Below, one piece after another: positions 1 through 12,646 of a DNA stretch of 64,000 nucleotides. The DNA is taken from assembly GCA_964106645.2 (NCBI GenBank), contig OZ067045.1, one strand, 5' to 3'. The notes under the pieces were generated by a model that was not told where the DNA came from, ran no database searches, and worked only from the letters and a program-made list of their open reading frames with translations. The position numbers and the translations under genes are program-made. The DNA comes from Podarcis pityusensis (lineage: Eukaryota). Position 1 is the first letter of the stretch, and the number at the start of each line of letters is the position of its first letter.

Positions 1-81
1 TATGGAGGAAATGCCTACGGGTGGCATGCCTACGGCGTGCGTGTTATGGTCGGGCGCGTGTTATACGAGCGAAAAATACGG
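1..81. mobile_element. Right end of a Tc1/mariner-superfamily (Tc2/pogo-like) MITE, truncated by the window edge
   Basis: Ends in GTGTTATACGAGCGAAAAATACGG followed by TA. This closely resembles the TIR of the complete MITE at 26264-26521. Confidence 0.65.
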
Positions 82-285
82 TATATACCTCGCATTTTAG
101 GGTTAAGGGTGCTAGTGGGTATAAAATTTTAAAGTACCAGATCCAAGTGCAAGTAGCAGGTGAGAATCAAGCTAACAGAAGGCAAAGAGGTTGAAAGTAC
201 AATAAATAAATAAATTGCGGTCCCGTCCCGTCCCCACCCCCGCCAGCTGCACACAGCACACCAAAGACTGGAATGTCTTGTATTT

Positions 286-291
286 TTTAAT
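286..291 (-). promoter_or_regulatory. SPEN: Probable polyadenylation signal ATTAAA of SPEN
   Basis: Plus-strand tttaat reads ATTAAA on the mRNA strand. About 20-40 nt downstream is a GU-rich tract (TCTTTGGTGTGCTGTGTG), the usual downstream element. Confidence 0.7.
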
Positions 292-607
292 AAAGTTTGT
301 AATCCAATGGACACACAAAACAAAACGGCGCTGAGAAAACATTTCCATAAATTAATTGTTAGGACGACAAGGACAGGAGGAGGAGGAGGAGGAGATAAAA
401 AGTCTGTACAAGTGTATAACACTTCCACATGTGAAGGAACAGGAAGAGGCGGGGAGGAGGCGGCAATGTCTAAATGAAGCACACTTACAAATGAGTGACA
501 AATACAAAGTCTGAGTATGAAAATAAGATTTTCTCTGAAAACACATTTTTTGGCACAGATTAAAAAAAAGTATGTTGTGGGGATCAGATTTCTTTTTAAA
601 GTCAGTA

Positions 608-651
608 TTATATATTTATATATATATATATATTATATATATATATATATT
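608..651. repeat. (TA)n microsatellite in the 3'UTR
   Basis: Imperfect tatata run visible directly. Confidence 0.95.
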
Positions 652-1317
652 TCTATGTACACACACCCACAGAGTCCTGCATATCCCACCAGGAAGGAAA
701 ATAGTTCTCTCCCTTTTGTGTTTTGCTTTGCTTCAGTGTAAACTGTACATCCCAGATGATGGAGGAGGAAGAGGAGGCAACTGCAGCATTGGGGGAGGGG
801 GGCAGCGCGCGGGGTCATCCGGGAGAAGGAGTGGGGAGACACATCGTGAAATGCTCCTTGACCCGCAGACTGGAGCGGAAGTTCCCAGGTCCTGCGTTTT
901 CTGAGTCCACAACGCAAGCTCGTGCGTGTATCGAGACATCCACCCTGAACGCCACAACACATCTTTAACTGTGCAAAGGTCCAAAATCACTGATTTAGTG
1001 CAAAGGCAGTTCTGGTTCCTCCTCCTTTTTTTGTTTTTAAGTTATTTCGTAGGTTAAAAAAAAATAGCCTTCCTTTCATTCCCCCCACAAGGAGGCACCA
1101 GCTCCCAGGACCAGTCTGCCTCGTTGAAGTGCCTCAGGTGTCCGTCTTCACTAGAGCAATATGTAAACATACAAGGTAGAATGGCGGCCACTACAAAGCC
1201 AGAGTTTCGGGCAGGAGGGTCCAATCCCTTCCGTCCATCCTCCCTTCCTTTGTCATTCACTGTCTCTCTGTTTTTGCTGTAGGGCCTTTGAGAAAGAAGT
1301 CCGTAACTGTAAGCCAC

Positions 1318-1449
1318 TCAGACCGATGCAATGACAATCATCAGGTGAGGAGAGATGTTTGAGATACTGGCGAGGAGGTCTGGGGCGAGGCGGGAGAGGT
1401 GACTCTCAGAGAACTCACAGGGTGGGAAGATCTGTAGGACGTAGGCAGG
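1318..1449 (-). CDS. SPEN: SPEN exon 15 (last coding exon, SPOC domain C-terminus, 132 nt including stop)
   Basis: Acceptor ttccag|CCT; encodes PAYVLQIFPPCEFSESHLSRLAPDLLASISNISPHLMIVIASV*, the conserved SPEN C-terminus. Confidence 0.98.
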   Translation of the reverse strand, partial: PAYVLQIFPPCEFSESHLSRLAPDLLASISNISPHLMIVIASV

Positions 1450-1866
1450 CTGGAATAGAGAAACACAAAGGAGAGGGAAAGGGTGACCACACAAGCTCTC
1501 AATGGCCAACACATTCGCCCCAGGCAGGAGCACAAAGGGCAGACCCTCAGCTGCTTGTGCTGAAAGGCCTGGGGTCCTGTGATTCGAACTCAACAGGCTC
1601 CACCTTCCTGCTGCCTCACAAGTTCAGCTGTGACATCCCCAAAATAACAAAGCAAAGTTGGGGAGCGGGAGAGATGTGGTGGGGATGTCTCTCAAACCTG
1701 CCTGGAAGAGCAGGTGTAGACAAGCCTCATTAAGTTCACACAGTGGTGAAGGAAATGCATTCTGCATATGCTCAGGCACTGCATTCTAACAACAGCCAAA
1801 TAGGTCCTCACATTTAAACACATTATGGGGAGGAAACGAGCCCATCTTTCTCTCCCTTCCCCATAC

Positions 1867-2025
1867 CTGGTTGGAGCCGGGGTTGGGAACGTTGATGATG
1901 CCAGCGGCTTGCTTGGCTTGCAGGTAGCTAATGAAGGCTGCCTTGAGCGACTCCGTCTGGTTCACAACATCCTCTTGGTCTCGTCCACAAGGCAAGGCCA
2001 GCAGCAGGCAATAGTCGCTCTCCAC
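1867..2025 (-). CDS. SPEN: SPEN exon 14 (SPOC domain, 159 nt)
   Basis: cag|GTG ... CAG|gtatgg; encodes VESDYCLLLALPCGRDQEDVVNQTESLKAAFISYLQAKQAAGIINVPNPGSNQ. Confidence 0.98.
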
Positions 2026-2333
2026 CTGGAAGGCAAGACAAGACCCCTGAAGAGCACATCTCATGTGCACGTGCTTTGCTGCCCCATCCCTGCATTCCCA
2101 AGGAACCAGCGCCATATACTCCAGGCACCTGCAAAAGCACATCCATCAACACCCGACAGATAATTTCATGTGCACTGATGAACAACCCCTGCTTTCCCCA
2201 CAGGACGCAGCCATGCAATGTGCAATTCTGCTGCAGACGCTTTGAGCGGCTGGAATCCAATGCAGACGTGCCAAGCGGACTCAGCGGGCGCAAGACCCTC
2301 CTCAGAAAGGAGCCTCTTGCTCCAGCCATTTAC

Positions 2334-2528
2334 CATCATCCTGCGCGCCACGCCCTCCAACTGTGACGCTTCCAGCCTCATGCGCTGAGCAATCCTCAGG
2401 GGAGGTCCCCCTTCTGGGGCTGGCAGGGAGCGGTGTGCCAGGACGTTATTGCCGGAGACAAAGTGCAGCTGGACGGCCGCCGTGTCATTCTTCAAGGCCA
2501 GGAGCCCCTGCCAGACAATGGGGTATTT
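2334..2528 (-). CDS. SPEN: SPEN exon 13 (SPOC domain, 195 nt)
   Basis: cag|AAA ... ATG|gtaaat; encodes KYPIVWQGLLALKNDTAAVQLHFVSGNNVLAHRSLP...LRIAQRMRLEASQLEGVARRMM. Confidence 0.98.
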
Positions 2529-3032
2529 CTGCAAATGGGGGGGGGGGAGAGAGAGAGAGAAAACACTTCAGTGTGAATGGTGAAAGCGATGGAATAACTG
2601 CAAGGAAGCAGGGTAGAGTTGGAGGGGGCGACCTCAGGCCCAGCCACCAAATGCACCCCCAAAACCCATCGTGTTTTTGCCCAGCTGAAATGTATCCTTG
2701 CCCCATGCACATTTGCCTCTGGCCCTGCCCATCAGTGACATGCGGCCCCCCCAGGAAGTTGCCTGGAAGAGAACGCGGCCCTTGGACCGAAAGGATTCCC
2801 CACCCCTGGAGGTTTCAACAACTAGGTGCAAGATTGGCGAGTGCCTCACTGCCAGAGCCCAGCCTCTGTGGTCCACTCAGGGCCCTCCTCCTTTACAACC
2901 AGCCCCTTGCTTCCTACTTGCACTCCCCTTTCCCAACTGAGTGTTCATCACCAGGCCTCCCCCCGCCATCTGCACCCTTCCCCAACCTCCCACCAACAAT
3001 AATTCAATCAAAATCCAGCACGGAAAACTCAC

Positions 3033-3446
3033 GGTCAGCAGCTGGACCATGTCCACCGGTCTCTGGGAAACAGGATGAGGTGCAAGGTCTTGCTTGAGCA
3101 CCGACTGGGGCTCGGGCCGGGAGAGGGGCAGCCCCGGAGGAGCCCCAGGCCCAGAGGTGGTTGGGATAAAGAGCGCCGGCTTCTGCACTGGGGCCTGATG
3201 TGGGGATGGGAGTTCCTGTTTGACAGAGATAGCGACGGGAGACGGGTAGGAGGTCTGGCCTGCGTCTGCCTGGCTGCGCTGAAGGTGCAAGTGGGGGTCG
3301 ATCTGCTGGACGTGCCGGTTGACAGCCACTGGGTGGTGAGTGGGGTCTGGTCCTGCCGCCTGGGCTCCCTTGGGCTCCTGGGTGTGCTGGGGAGTCTTGC
3401 TATGAGCTGGCTGGCTGGGGTGGGTGTGTTCCCCTTCTGGCAGACC
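3033..3446 (-). CDS. SPEN: SPEN exon 12 (414 nt, P/Q-rich linker into SPOC)
   Basis: cag|GGT ... ACC|gtgagt; in frame with track ORF 2877-3329 and ends QRPVDMVQLLT. Confidence 0.95.
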
Positions 3447-4764
3447 CTGAGAGGCACAAAGACAAAATCAGGGCACATTGGAGGAGGAGGAGGAGGAAAC
3501 ACTGGTCTGGTCCTGCCTTCCTTGTGCCTGCTCTCTGAAAGAGGGCTCTGGCAGGCAGCAAAGGAGCAGCAAACTCCAAAGTTCTCAGAAACACCACCAC
3601 ACCCTCTCCCCAGAAAAGCAAACTAGTGCAGGTTTATCATTCTAGATTAAAAAAACTTGTGGCTTCTATCCCTAGGGTCTCCAACAATGGCTCCTCCTCA
3701 AGGATGTCTGCATGCTCAGCCATAACCTGCCTCTGTGGCAGTGGTTCTGGTTTCCAGAGCAGCCTTCTCTGGTTTCCAGGACCTTGATTTCCAAGCCCCC
3801 ACATCTGTCCCCACACAGCTACAAATTAAGGGCCACTGTAGGACCCCAAAAACACTCCCTGTGACCTGCTACCCTGTGCATCGAATGCTTGTGGTAGCTG
3901 CTGCTGGCACACTCCACTTCCTTCTGAGGTGCATGCCTCCCAGCCATGCAAGAACTTGCCACACACATCCCAGCTGCATCAATCCCAAAATGTTTTTATA
4001 CACAAGCCAAGAGCAGGCTTGGAAACTGGGAGGAGGGGTGGGAACGGAAGACAGAGGGAGGGACTTGCTGGTGGCACTTCACTTCCTTGCCTCAGACAGC
4101 CTGGAAGATGCACACGCTACTCCCAAGGCAGAGCAACTCCCAGGCTGTGGAGAGGAAGGAATCAGATTCTGGGCACGTTAAAGAACAGGAGCCAATTCCC
4201 ACCTGGGTCTCTTGCAGCAAACACAACAGCCAGTCTTGCAACACAGGGACCCCTAACCTTTTGGGGCCCAGGGGCACTTTTGATACTGTTGTGGGCACCA
4301 CAAAATACCCATTTACAGAAGAAGGAAGGGTGATGCTCAGAATGCTTCCCTGACCCCAAAACAACTAGATGGGGAAAACTCCACACACCTCAAAATAAAA
4401 ACACAGCAGACAGCCCCCGCCCAACACACACACGTGCGCGGCACAGGAGCCTTAGCACGCACCATGAGAGGAGTTTGAGGGTGCTGTGGTTCTCACAGGC
4501 AACATCAGGGACCTCAGTTAAAGAGGAGCCCGCTTCACGATGGCATAAGCCATAAGTTCATAAGCATGAACAAGATTTTCTTTTCTGCACACATTTTAGC
4601 CCCAACTGAATTTTGCAGACTGCATTTTAATCAATTACTATGACACCTGGAGACATGGAACCTGGTCCACAAAAACTTATGATGCCATCCTAAACGCTGC
4701 TAGTCTCCAAGGTGGTACAAGACGCAGAAGCATCCCACCTATTGATCCCAGTGATTTGGCTTAC

Positions 4765-7700
4765 CTGAGAGGGGGTCATACTCCGAGAAGGCAGCCCGAT
4801 TGGCGATGCTCCGGAAAACTGAGGATGACCTAGCTGAGCCGCTGGGTGGTAGCTCCTCATGTCCCCGTAGACCGTCCTGTAATCGTGGAAGGAGGTGCCC
4901 GCCGGGTGCATGATCTGCACGCCGTGAGGGACGACAACTGGTTGCGTCAGAGGCAGTCCTGGCAGCTGGCCGCTGAGGAGGCGGGGCTCACTGTGGGGGG
5001 AGTGAGCCATCTTGACTTCCGAGGCCTTGGGTGCCTCTTTGCCTGACGGGAGAGTCTTTGTGGCGGGGGGCGTCTTCACAGACCTCCCTTCTGGCGTGCG
5101 GGACTGCCGGGTCTCTGGGTGGTGGTCGCCCCCCACTGCAGCCATGTGTGGGTGCATCATCATCCGCACGTCCCGGGGCACGTTGTACTGGTCGAGCCGA
5201 ATGCCGGAGGGGTGCAAGCGGTAGTCTGGCTGCATGACAAGCACGTCCGACTGCACGGGGGCGGACCCGCGGCACACTGTGTGGTGGTAGTGCATCTCCT
5301 CTTCCGAGGAATGCTGGGAAGACAGAGGTGGCATGACGATCTCTCGGATGGGGGCTGGCTGCGGCGTGCTTGACCGCTGCGGCTGCAGAGCCGCCCTTGG
5401 GGAGTGAAGCGCTTCAGGACGGATGCTGTAAGGCATGCCCGGCAGAGGAGGGGTGTTCATCCTGACCTCCCCTTGCGAGAGGTGCCCCAGGGAGACCGTC
5501 TGGGTGACGCTGTGTGGGGGCATGATCACAGACTGCTCGGGGTGCATGCTGGAGATGTATTGAGGCACCGGGATCCCAGGGCAAGGAGACCCCTGGATCC
5601 CTAGCATGGAGTTGTTCCCAGACAGGGCTGGGGAAGAAGGGCCGCCCGGATGACAAGCCCTTGGGAAGGGAGACGGAGAGTGCCCGCTTGTCCGTGGAGA
5701 GAGGGGCTCCTGCTTTGTGACCCCCAAGTGAGACACCACCCGCTCTGCTGGGGTGCTGGGCCCTGCACTCACATGATTGGCCTCTGGGTGAATCTTGCTA
5801 GACAAGGAGGGGTGATGAGGCCCAACCCCGGGGCTCAAGCTCGACGGCTGAAGAGTCTTGGTCTCCACTTTCAGGGCACCTGGGTCTGGAAGCTTTTTGT
5901 TGGTGGAAGAAGCAATGCTCTGTGGGAGCACCATCTGGTTGTGGACGAGGATGGATGGAGTGTTGGCAGACTGGGAAAGGACTTTGACTGGCCCTGACTG
6001 AGAAGTGGGCGCCTGGACAGAGAGGTGCAGGGGCTCCGATTTTTCCAGGCTGCCCCGTTCCTGCTTAATGGAGGAAAGTACAGGGGAAGGGCTGTACTGC
6101 TGAGCTCCCAGCACAAGGGACGATGGGGCTGAGACACTCCCGTACCCCGTTGGCGTCTGAGAGCCCTTTGGGATTGGCTGAGAGGGGCCAAGAGGCTCTT
6201 GCTTGATCTGGGACTTGGACACCGACTGCTGGAATTCAATGTCAACTGCACTTGCTGGGGGGATCTGGCTGATCTTGGCTGTGATCCGCTGCTGGCCTTC
6301 TGTCTTCTGCTGGGAATAGCTCAGGAGCACGATGCCTTCTGACGTGTTGACGCGAAGACCGGGGCTGGACCCTGTCTCCACCGGCCGATCTTCAATGACG
6401 GACATGGATCCCGGATGGAACCGGCTGTTGTCATTGGTACTTGGCCTCTGCTTGTATTTTGGCGAGAGGGCGTTGACTAGGCACGTCTGGGGCGCTTGCT
6501 TCACCAGAGTTATCCGCGGGGTTTCCTCAAGGTCAATGCTGTGGGGCATCCTGCTTATCACAGAAGTGGCCTTGGGAGCAATGACAGTGATGACCTTCTC
6601 TTTCTCGGTGAAAACTGGGGCCTCTGCAGCTGGCGGCTCCAAAGCATTCATGGCTGGGACAGCTGGCTTGTCTTCTGATCCAGGCCGGACAACCTCTGCC
6701 GGAGGGTGTGGAGGATCTTCCTCTACCAAACGAGGTGAACTCACAGGCTCGGCTATGGCAGTCGTGACATGCGTTGTTGATGCCACGCTGGTTGCAGAGA
6801 CGTACTTGGGCTCCATCAATATTTTCCTCAGAGTGCTGGAATTTGTGTCTATATCCGATGCCTTTGTGTCAGGGGGGAGAGCCGGCGGTGGGGTGGAACG
6901 GGCCCGGGCCTCCTCATGCTTCACAATCCACTCAGTCACCTTTGCTGTGCTGGAGTGAAGGGGGGCAGACCCAGCGGAGACAGGCTTTGCTGCAGCTGAA
7001 GATGGGGCTGCTGCTGGCAGAGGTGTATTGGGGGTGCCTGGTGGAGGAGTCACTGGAGCACTGTCAGCCCCCGGCTGTAGTTTGAAGGCGCTCTGGCTCA
7101 CCTCTTCAACAGGAACCGACGGAGAGAGCAGGTCCACTGCTTTGGGCAGGGGGGTGCTGTCTGCCACAGGAGGTTCTGGAGAAGCCCCCTCCAGGGGTGC
7201 AGCCTTGCTGGCATCAGGGGGACCTGGCTGGGAAGCCAGAGGAGAGCTTTTCTCTTGACTCTCTTCTTTCGAGGCTCCTTCTGACTTCCCTTTAACCTCG
7301 TTGGCCACTGGAGATTTGCTTTGTACTCGTTCGGGCTCAATAGTCCTCGGTTCTGCTGCTGTATCCCCTTTCTTGCTTGTGCTCCGCTTGCGCCTCGGCC
7401 GGGTGGTTTTCTGGCGGCCCCGTTCCTTCCGAGCCATGTCAGCCTCTTGCAAGGTTTCTGCTTCTTGTGCTGAATTGGAGGATTCGCTCACACTCACCTC
7501 CGCCTCTTTGGCAGAGTCTGCCTCTGGGGTAGTGCCAGGGCCTGGTGGGGCAGGCGGCTCAACTGAAGTGGCTTCTGACTCCAAGATATTGCTCACGGCT
7601 TGATCAGTTTCAGGCTCCATCTCTTCTCGTGCGGGTGGCAGCACCAACGGTTCTGCGGGCATTTCCGATTCAGATTCGGTAGGATACGTTGGCGGAGCAG

Positions 7701-10700
7701 GGAAACTTTCGGCCTCTCCAGAGATGTCATAGATGATGGAGCCAATGGCAGCCGCGAGTTCTGTTTCGCTGGCCTGATGAGCAGGCTTGTCCCCGTCTTC
7801 CTCCGGGCGAACGTCTGACACTTCAGCCGCCTGTTCCTTGTAGGCTGCAATCGTCTGGCTTTCAGTGAGCTTTGCAATATTCTCCACAGCCTGCTCCAGT
7901 TCGATCTGCTTGGCCAGCTGGTCTGCTTCAGGAGACTGTGTTGACTCACAAGCCAGATCTTTCTCTGTTTCCTGGAAGGGGTCTTCTGCCTCTGTCTTTA
8001 TGAAATGGGGTGACAATTTGTCTTCCTTCCGGGGACTTTTGTTCTTGGGGGACGATGCCGGCACAGGCTCCGTGTCCTCTTCGCTGGGCCGCAAAGCACC
8101 TTTGACTTCATCCACATTAAGCCGGATTTCAACGCTTTTCAAGCTCTTCATCAAGGAGGCTTTATCGGCGGCCTTGACGTTCCTGGATCTTCCACGTTTG
8201 GACTTTGGAGTTCTCTCAGAGACAGGCTTTCTTTCCACAATCTCAATGGTGCAGGCTTCGGGGACATTTTTCTCCAGCTCGACTTCTTTCCTCTCTCGCT
8301 TCTGGTCACTCAGAAGAGGCTCTTTCTCCACCTTGGGTTTGTTACCGTTTTCACTTCCATTCGAGCCTTGGCCAGAGAGGTCAGGGGGCTCTTCTGGCTC
8401 CACCAAATTCTCAGCCTTCGACTCGTTCTTCCCCCCTTTCTTGGCTTGAGGAGTGCTGGCTGCTGGAGATTGGCTGTGTGCCAGCTTCTGGGATCGAGGC
8501 GACCTCCACCCCTCCACGGGTTTCGGGACTTCCACCATCTCTTTTGATTCTGCTTCTTCTACCTCTGGGTGAGCTGGTTCAACCTTCACGGGAGAGACTT
8601 CCTCCTCAGGCTTGCGACGAGATTTGGGAGGCCTGCCTCTTCTTGGAGGGGTTGGAGTCAAGGCAGAGTCTGGTGGCTCCCTTTCAACTCTTTTCCTGGT
8701 AGATCTGGTGACCTCCAGAGTATCCTTCATAGGCGATGGGCCTTCGTGGTCCCCTGTGGTGGCATAAACTGACCGCACATTCCTGCGCCTTGTCCTGCCC
8801 ACTGGCAAGCTAGGCTCTGGGTTTTCCGGCTCTGGTGCAATACTTGGAGATTTAGCAGCGTTTCTCGAAACCTTCTCTGTTTCCACCTTCAGTGCTTCCC
8901 CGCGGGGAGAGCCCGACCTTTTAAGTTTCTCGCGGTCAATCCTTTCACTCTTCCTTGTGACAGGCTTCTCTGCAACGTTTGCAACCGAAGTCTGGACAGG
9001 GTTTTTGGAACGTTTATTCTTGTTCGGCTTCTTGTCTTTGATGACAACAAGCGGCTCGGCTTCCATCTCCGTGTCGGAGACTGGAGGCAGGACCTCCACA
9101 GCTGGCTCTGCTTTCTGCCCTGCACCAGCCTCAGAGTTCAGAGATGGTGAAACATTTTCTTCTTTCAGCTCAGGCAGTTCCTCGGACCTTGCTGCTGGTT
9201 TGAGTGGTGGTGGTGGTGGGATTATTTCAGGTTCTGGATCTGTGCAGATGTCCGCTTGAGAGAAGGAAGATCCGGGCGTGGGTGGCTTTGTGTCCAAATA
9301 GGAAGGGTGTACTAGGGATACCGAGTCTTCCTCAGGAGGAGTTGCTGCAGAAAGAGCAGGGTCCTTGTTGCTGTCTATTCCTGGCAGTGCTTCCATATGC
9401 TCAGGTGGTTCAGTTTTGACAGCAGCAAGGAGTTCTGGAAGAGGCTTTGGTTCTTCAGCCACAGGACCAAGTTCAGGCAGAGGCTTCTCTTCTCTCAAAG
9501 AGGGCACAATGACCGGCAACTTCTCGTTCGTGACCTTTTCCGGCATGGCTGGCCCTGGTTCTTGGAGTACAAGAGCAGCTGGAAATGGCCCAACTGAAAG
9601 CAGATGCTTATGCTCTGCCACTTTTTCCTCAGGCGCTGCTGCTTCTGGGCTTTTGGGCTGACTCTCCTTCTCCTCCTGCTTTTCTGCTTCTTTGGGCTTC
9701 TGGTCTTTTTCCTTTTCTTTTTGTTGCATTCTTGTGAGCTCCACAAACCTGCTGTGGAAGAGAACCACTGGCTCTGGCACAAAGTCTGACATGCCAATGT
9801 TCCCATCCAGGGATGCCTGCCGGCCGTACAATCTACCAGAGAGGAAGTCAAGGTCTTCGTCTTTCCTTTCCAAGTGTTGCAGGCGCTTCGAGTCCTGTTC
9901 AAAGATGGAGCTGTGCAGGAAGCGCGAGGCAAAGAGCTCTTGCCTCTCTTGCTCATCCTCCTTGTGGTCTTCCTTCTTATCATCCAGCTTCCCTTCAGAA
10001 TCGGTTCGGATTTTCTTCTTTTTCATATACCACGAGGGGATAGGCCTTGGAGCAGAATCCACTTTCTCTTTGTCCTTATTGTTCCTAAAATTAGCAAATC
10101 TCGAGTCCCAATCAAGGAAAGACCAGTTCTCTTCTCTGGAGGATGAGAGAGATTTGGCTCTCTCAAGCAAGGCCTTTGTGTCAGGAGTGATTGTCTTGTC
10201 CAATGCAAAGGAATAAAACTTGTGTCTTTCCGAAGAGGTTGGCAGCCTCTCCTCTCGATCACGAAGTTTCTCTTCCCTGTCCCGTAATAAAAAAGACAAC
10301 CTGGAGCTCTCCAGCAACGAAGGGGTTTTTGGAGAATGGGCTTTATTATCGCCGTCATCGTCAGAGTCCGAAGGCACCTCTCCTGGCTCCAGATCCCGTA
10401 TTGACCGCTTCCTTATGCCATCTCTCTTGACAATGCTGCTTGGGAAGGTGATGTCCACCCTCCCAGGCTCTTGCTTCACTTGGGACTCCCATCGGTTCAA
10501 TTCCTCCTCACAACTCACAGAAGATAATTTTATTTTAGCCATTTCTACCATCTGCTCTCTTCGACTGGAGTCGTAGGGGTTAAATTTCAAAGAATCCTCC
10601 CTTACAGCCACATTAGAATATGGAGGACCCTTTTCATCCATTTTAGGTGACTCTTTGGTTTCTTTCACAGGCACCAGCCTCGGGGACTCCAGCATCTCCT

Positions 10701-12646
10701 CATCCTCATGGAAAGGGAAGGGCCTGAGGCTAGGGGAACAGGCCGTCCTTTCAGAGTCCTCGCTCACCTGCCGAGAGCTCCTGTAGTTTCTCTCTCTCTT
10801 TGTGCTAATTTCAAAGTCGAAAGCGTCAGAGGATTTCTTCCGCTTGCTGGGAGGAGAGTCGTCTGTCACATCTTGCGGGGGTTTCCCCACTTCATGCACC
10901 AGGCTACGCCTCTCATACTCATCAAGATCTTTCTTTGGGCTGCCAAACTTCTCGTGCTTTGCAATTTCCATTTCCATTTGCTGCTTCAACCTGCGACTCA
11001 GCTCCATTTGCTTCCGATAACTCTGTGTGTGATCAATGTCAATGGGAATCTTCTCCTCGATATCGGATGATGGAGGCTTCTCTTGAGCTAGCTTGTGGTC
11101 GGGCACTTCTTCGGGAAGACTGCAGTAGGTTTTCCATGTGTCCTCTCGCTCAGTTCCTTGGTCATCTAACAGCTGTGTATGCTTGTGCTGCAATTTGATG
11201 GAGTTGACCTTCCTTACAGGGATCTCAGGGGCTTCCCCAGGTTCCTCAAGTAGCTCCCCCAGCCTAGCCTGCAGCTCTAAACTGGGCCGTAAACCAATCC
11301 CCAGAGAAATACTGGCTGGCTCTTGAGCTTCTTTGGGGCTGGTCACTGAGGCAAGCCTTTCCAGCTTGGTTTTCTTGGATTCCCTTTTAAGAGTCTCTTT
11401 CCTCAAGGGCTTTCTCTCAGATTCACTACTTGTTAACTCAATCTGCTTTTTCAAAACCACACGCGCTTCCTCCTCCTCCTGACTACTCCTTTTAAAGTCC
11501 ATTTTTTGCTTATCTGGCTTGAGGTTTGCATCCGCAAAGCGTCTTTTGCGAGCTTCCAGCTTTTCTAGATCTACTGGGTTAGTCACTTCACTAGGCAGCT
11601 CTGCCTTCAGGTGCTTCCTAGGCTTCAGTTTTGCATCCTTCTCAACCACTTCAATGTGACTGGCAAGCACCTTCTCTTTTGGCACTTTCACTCGGGCGGG
11701 TTCAAGTTTCAGCTGCTCTGACTTGGTTTGGTCTGCCTGAGAAATCTGCATTTTTTGTTCAAGCAAAGGAGACTTGAGCATGTCGTTTTCTTGCTTCCCA
11801 CGCAGCTTTTCCAAAGCAGGCTGTTCGATTACTTTCCCTTCCTTTTCCTTGACTCGTGTTAACACGACACATGGCATCAGCTCCAGGCGGTTCTTCGCAG
11901 CTCCTTCTTTATCTGCTCTCTCCCGACTCCCTTTGCTGCTGCCTTTGACCTTCTCAGGGGTGGGCTCCCGTTCGGTTTCTGGGTCTGTTTCCGACGACTG
12001 AGAGCTGGGAGAATGATTTTTGGCCCTCCGTTTCTGCTTCTCCGCTTTATCCTTTTCAAGTTTTTCTGGTTTCTCCTTCCTTACCAGGCGCTTGTCTTTG
12101 TCCGTTCTCTCTTGCTCAAAGGCCCGCTCTTTTTCGGGCTTCTCGCTTTTTGTGTAGCGCTCGAGGCGGGCTTTGTCCAGCTTGTCATAGCGGGGTGGGG
12201 AGAGGGAGCTGCAGCTGCCGCTCCGCTCCGAGGACCGGCTGTAGATCCTCCGCTCAGAATCGCTCTGCAGCCTCTCTGATTGGGACGGAGATGCTCCAGG
12301 GCTTTGGGGCCGTCGGGAGTGAGCTGGGCTTTGGCTCCTTTCAATGGGCCTCCTTTCATGGTCCCGGTCCCGGTCTGATTCAAATCGCTCCCGCTCCCGT
12401 TGCCTGTAACTATACTCTCTTATGTCTTGCTCGTAAGGGTCACCCCTGTAATCTCTGTATTCCCGTGGGTCGTCGTAATACCGTGGGTCGTAATACTCTG
12501 CTTGGTAAGGATCCCAGTCAGCATAAAACTCCCTGCTACGGGCTGGATATTCCCTCCGAGGATCTTCTGGATATGTTCCTGGGGTGCGAACAGCCTCATA
12601 GTAGGTACGGTCAGCAGCATAGTCGTAAGATCCTCTCCTTTCATCC
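4765..12646 (-). CDS. SPEN: SPEN exon 11 (giant 7,882-nt exon; disordered middle region with the RBPJ-interaction region)
   Basis: Acceptor ggcag|GGATGAAAGG at 12646, donor CAG|gtaagc at 4765. I checked the frame by hand from 12645 into the 2395-aa track ORF and found no stop. Contains SPEN motifs such as SSSREENWSFLDWDSRF and SEGIVLLSYS...ITAKISQIPPASA. Confidence 0.97.

Larger units (their letters stand above)
270..1317 (-). other. SPEN: SPEN 3'UTR (~1.05 kb)
   Basis: Lies between the TGA stop (1318-1320) and the ATTAAA signal; contains U/AU-rich tracts. Confidence 0.75.

Noticed and set aside
4690-11877. The 2395-aa ORF as a standalone intronless gene
   Set aside because: It is the interior of SPEN exon 11. 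The frame is open upstream to the acceptor at 12646, and the last ~24 codons run past the donor at 4765.
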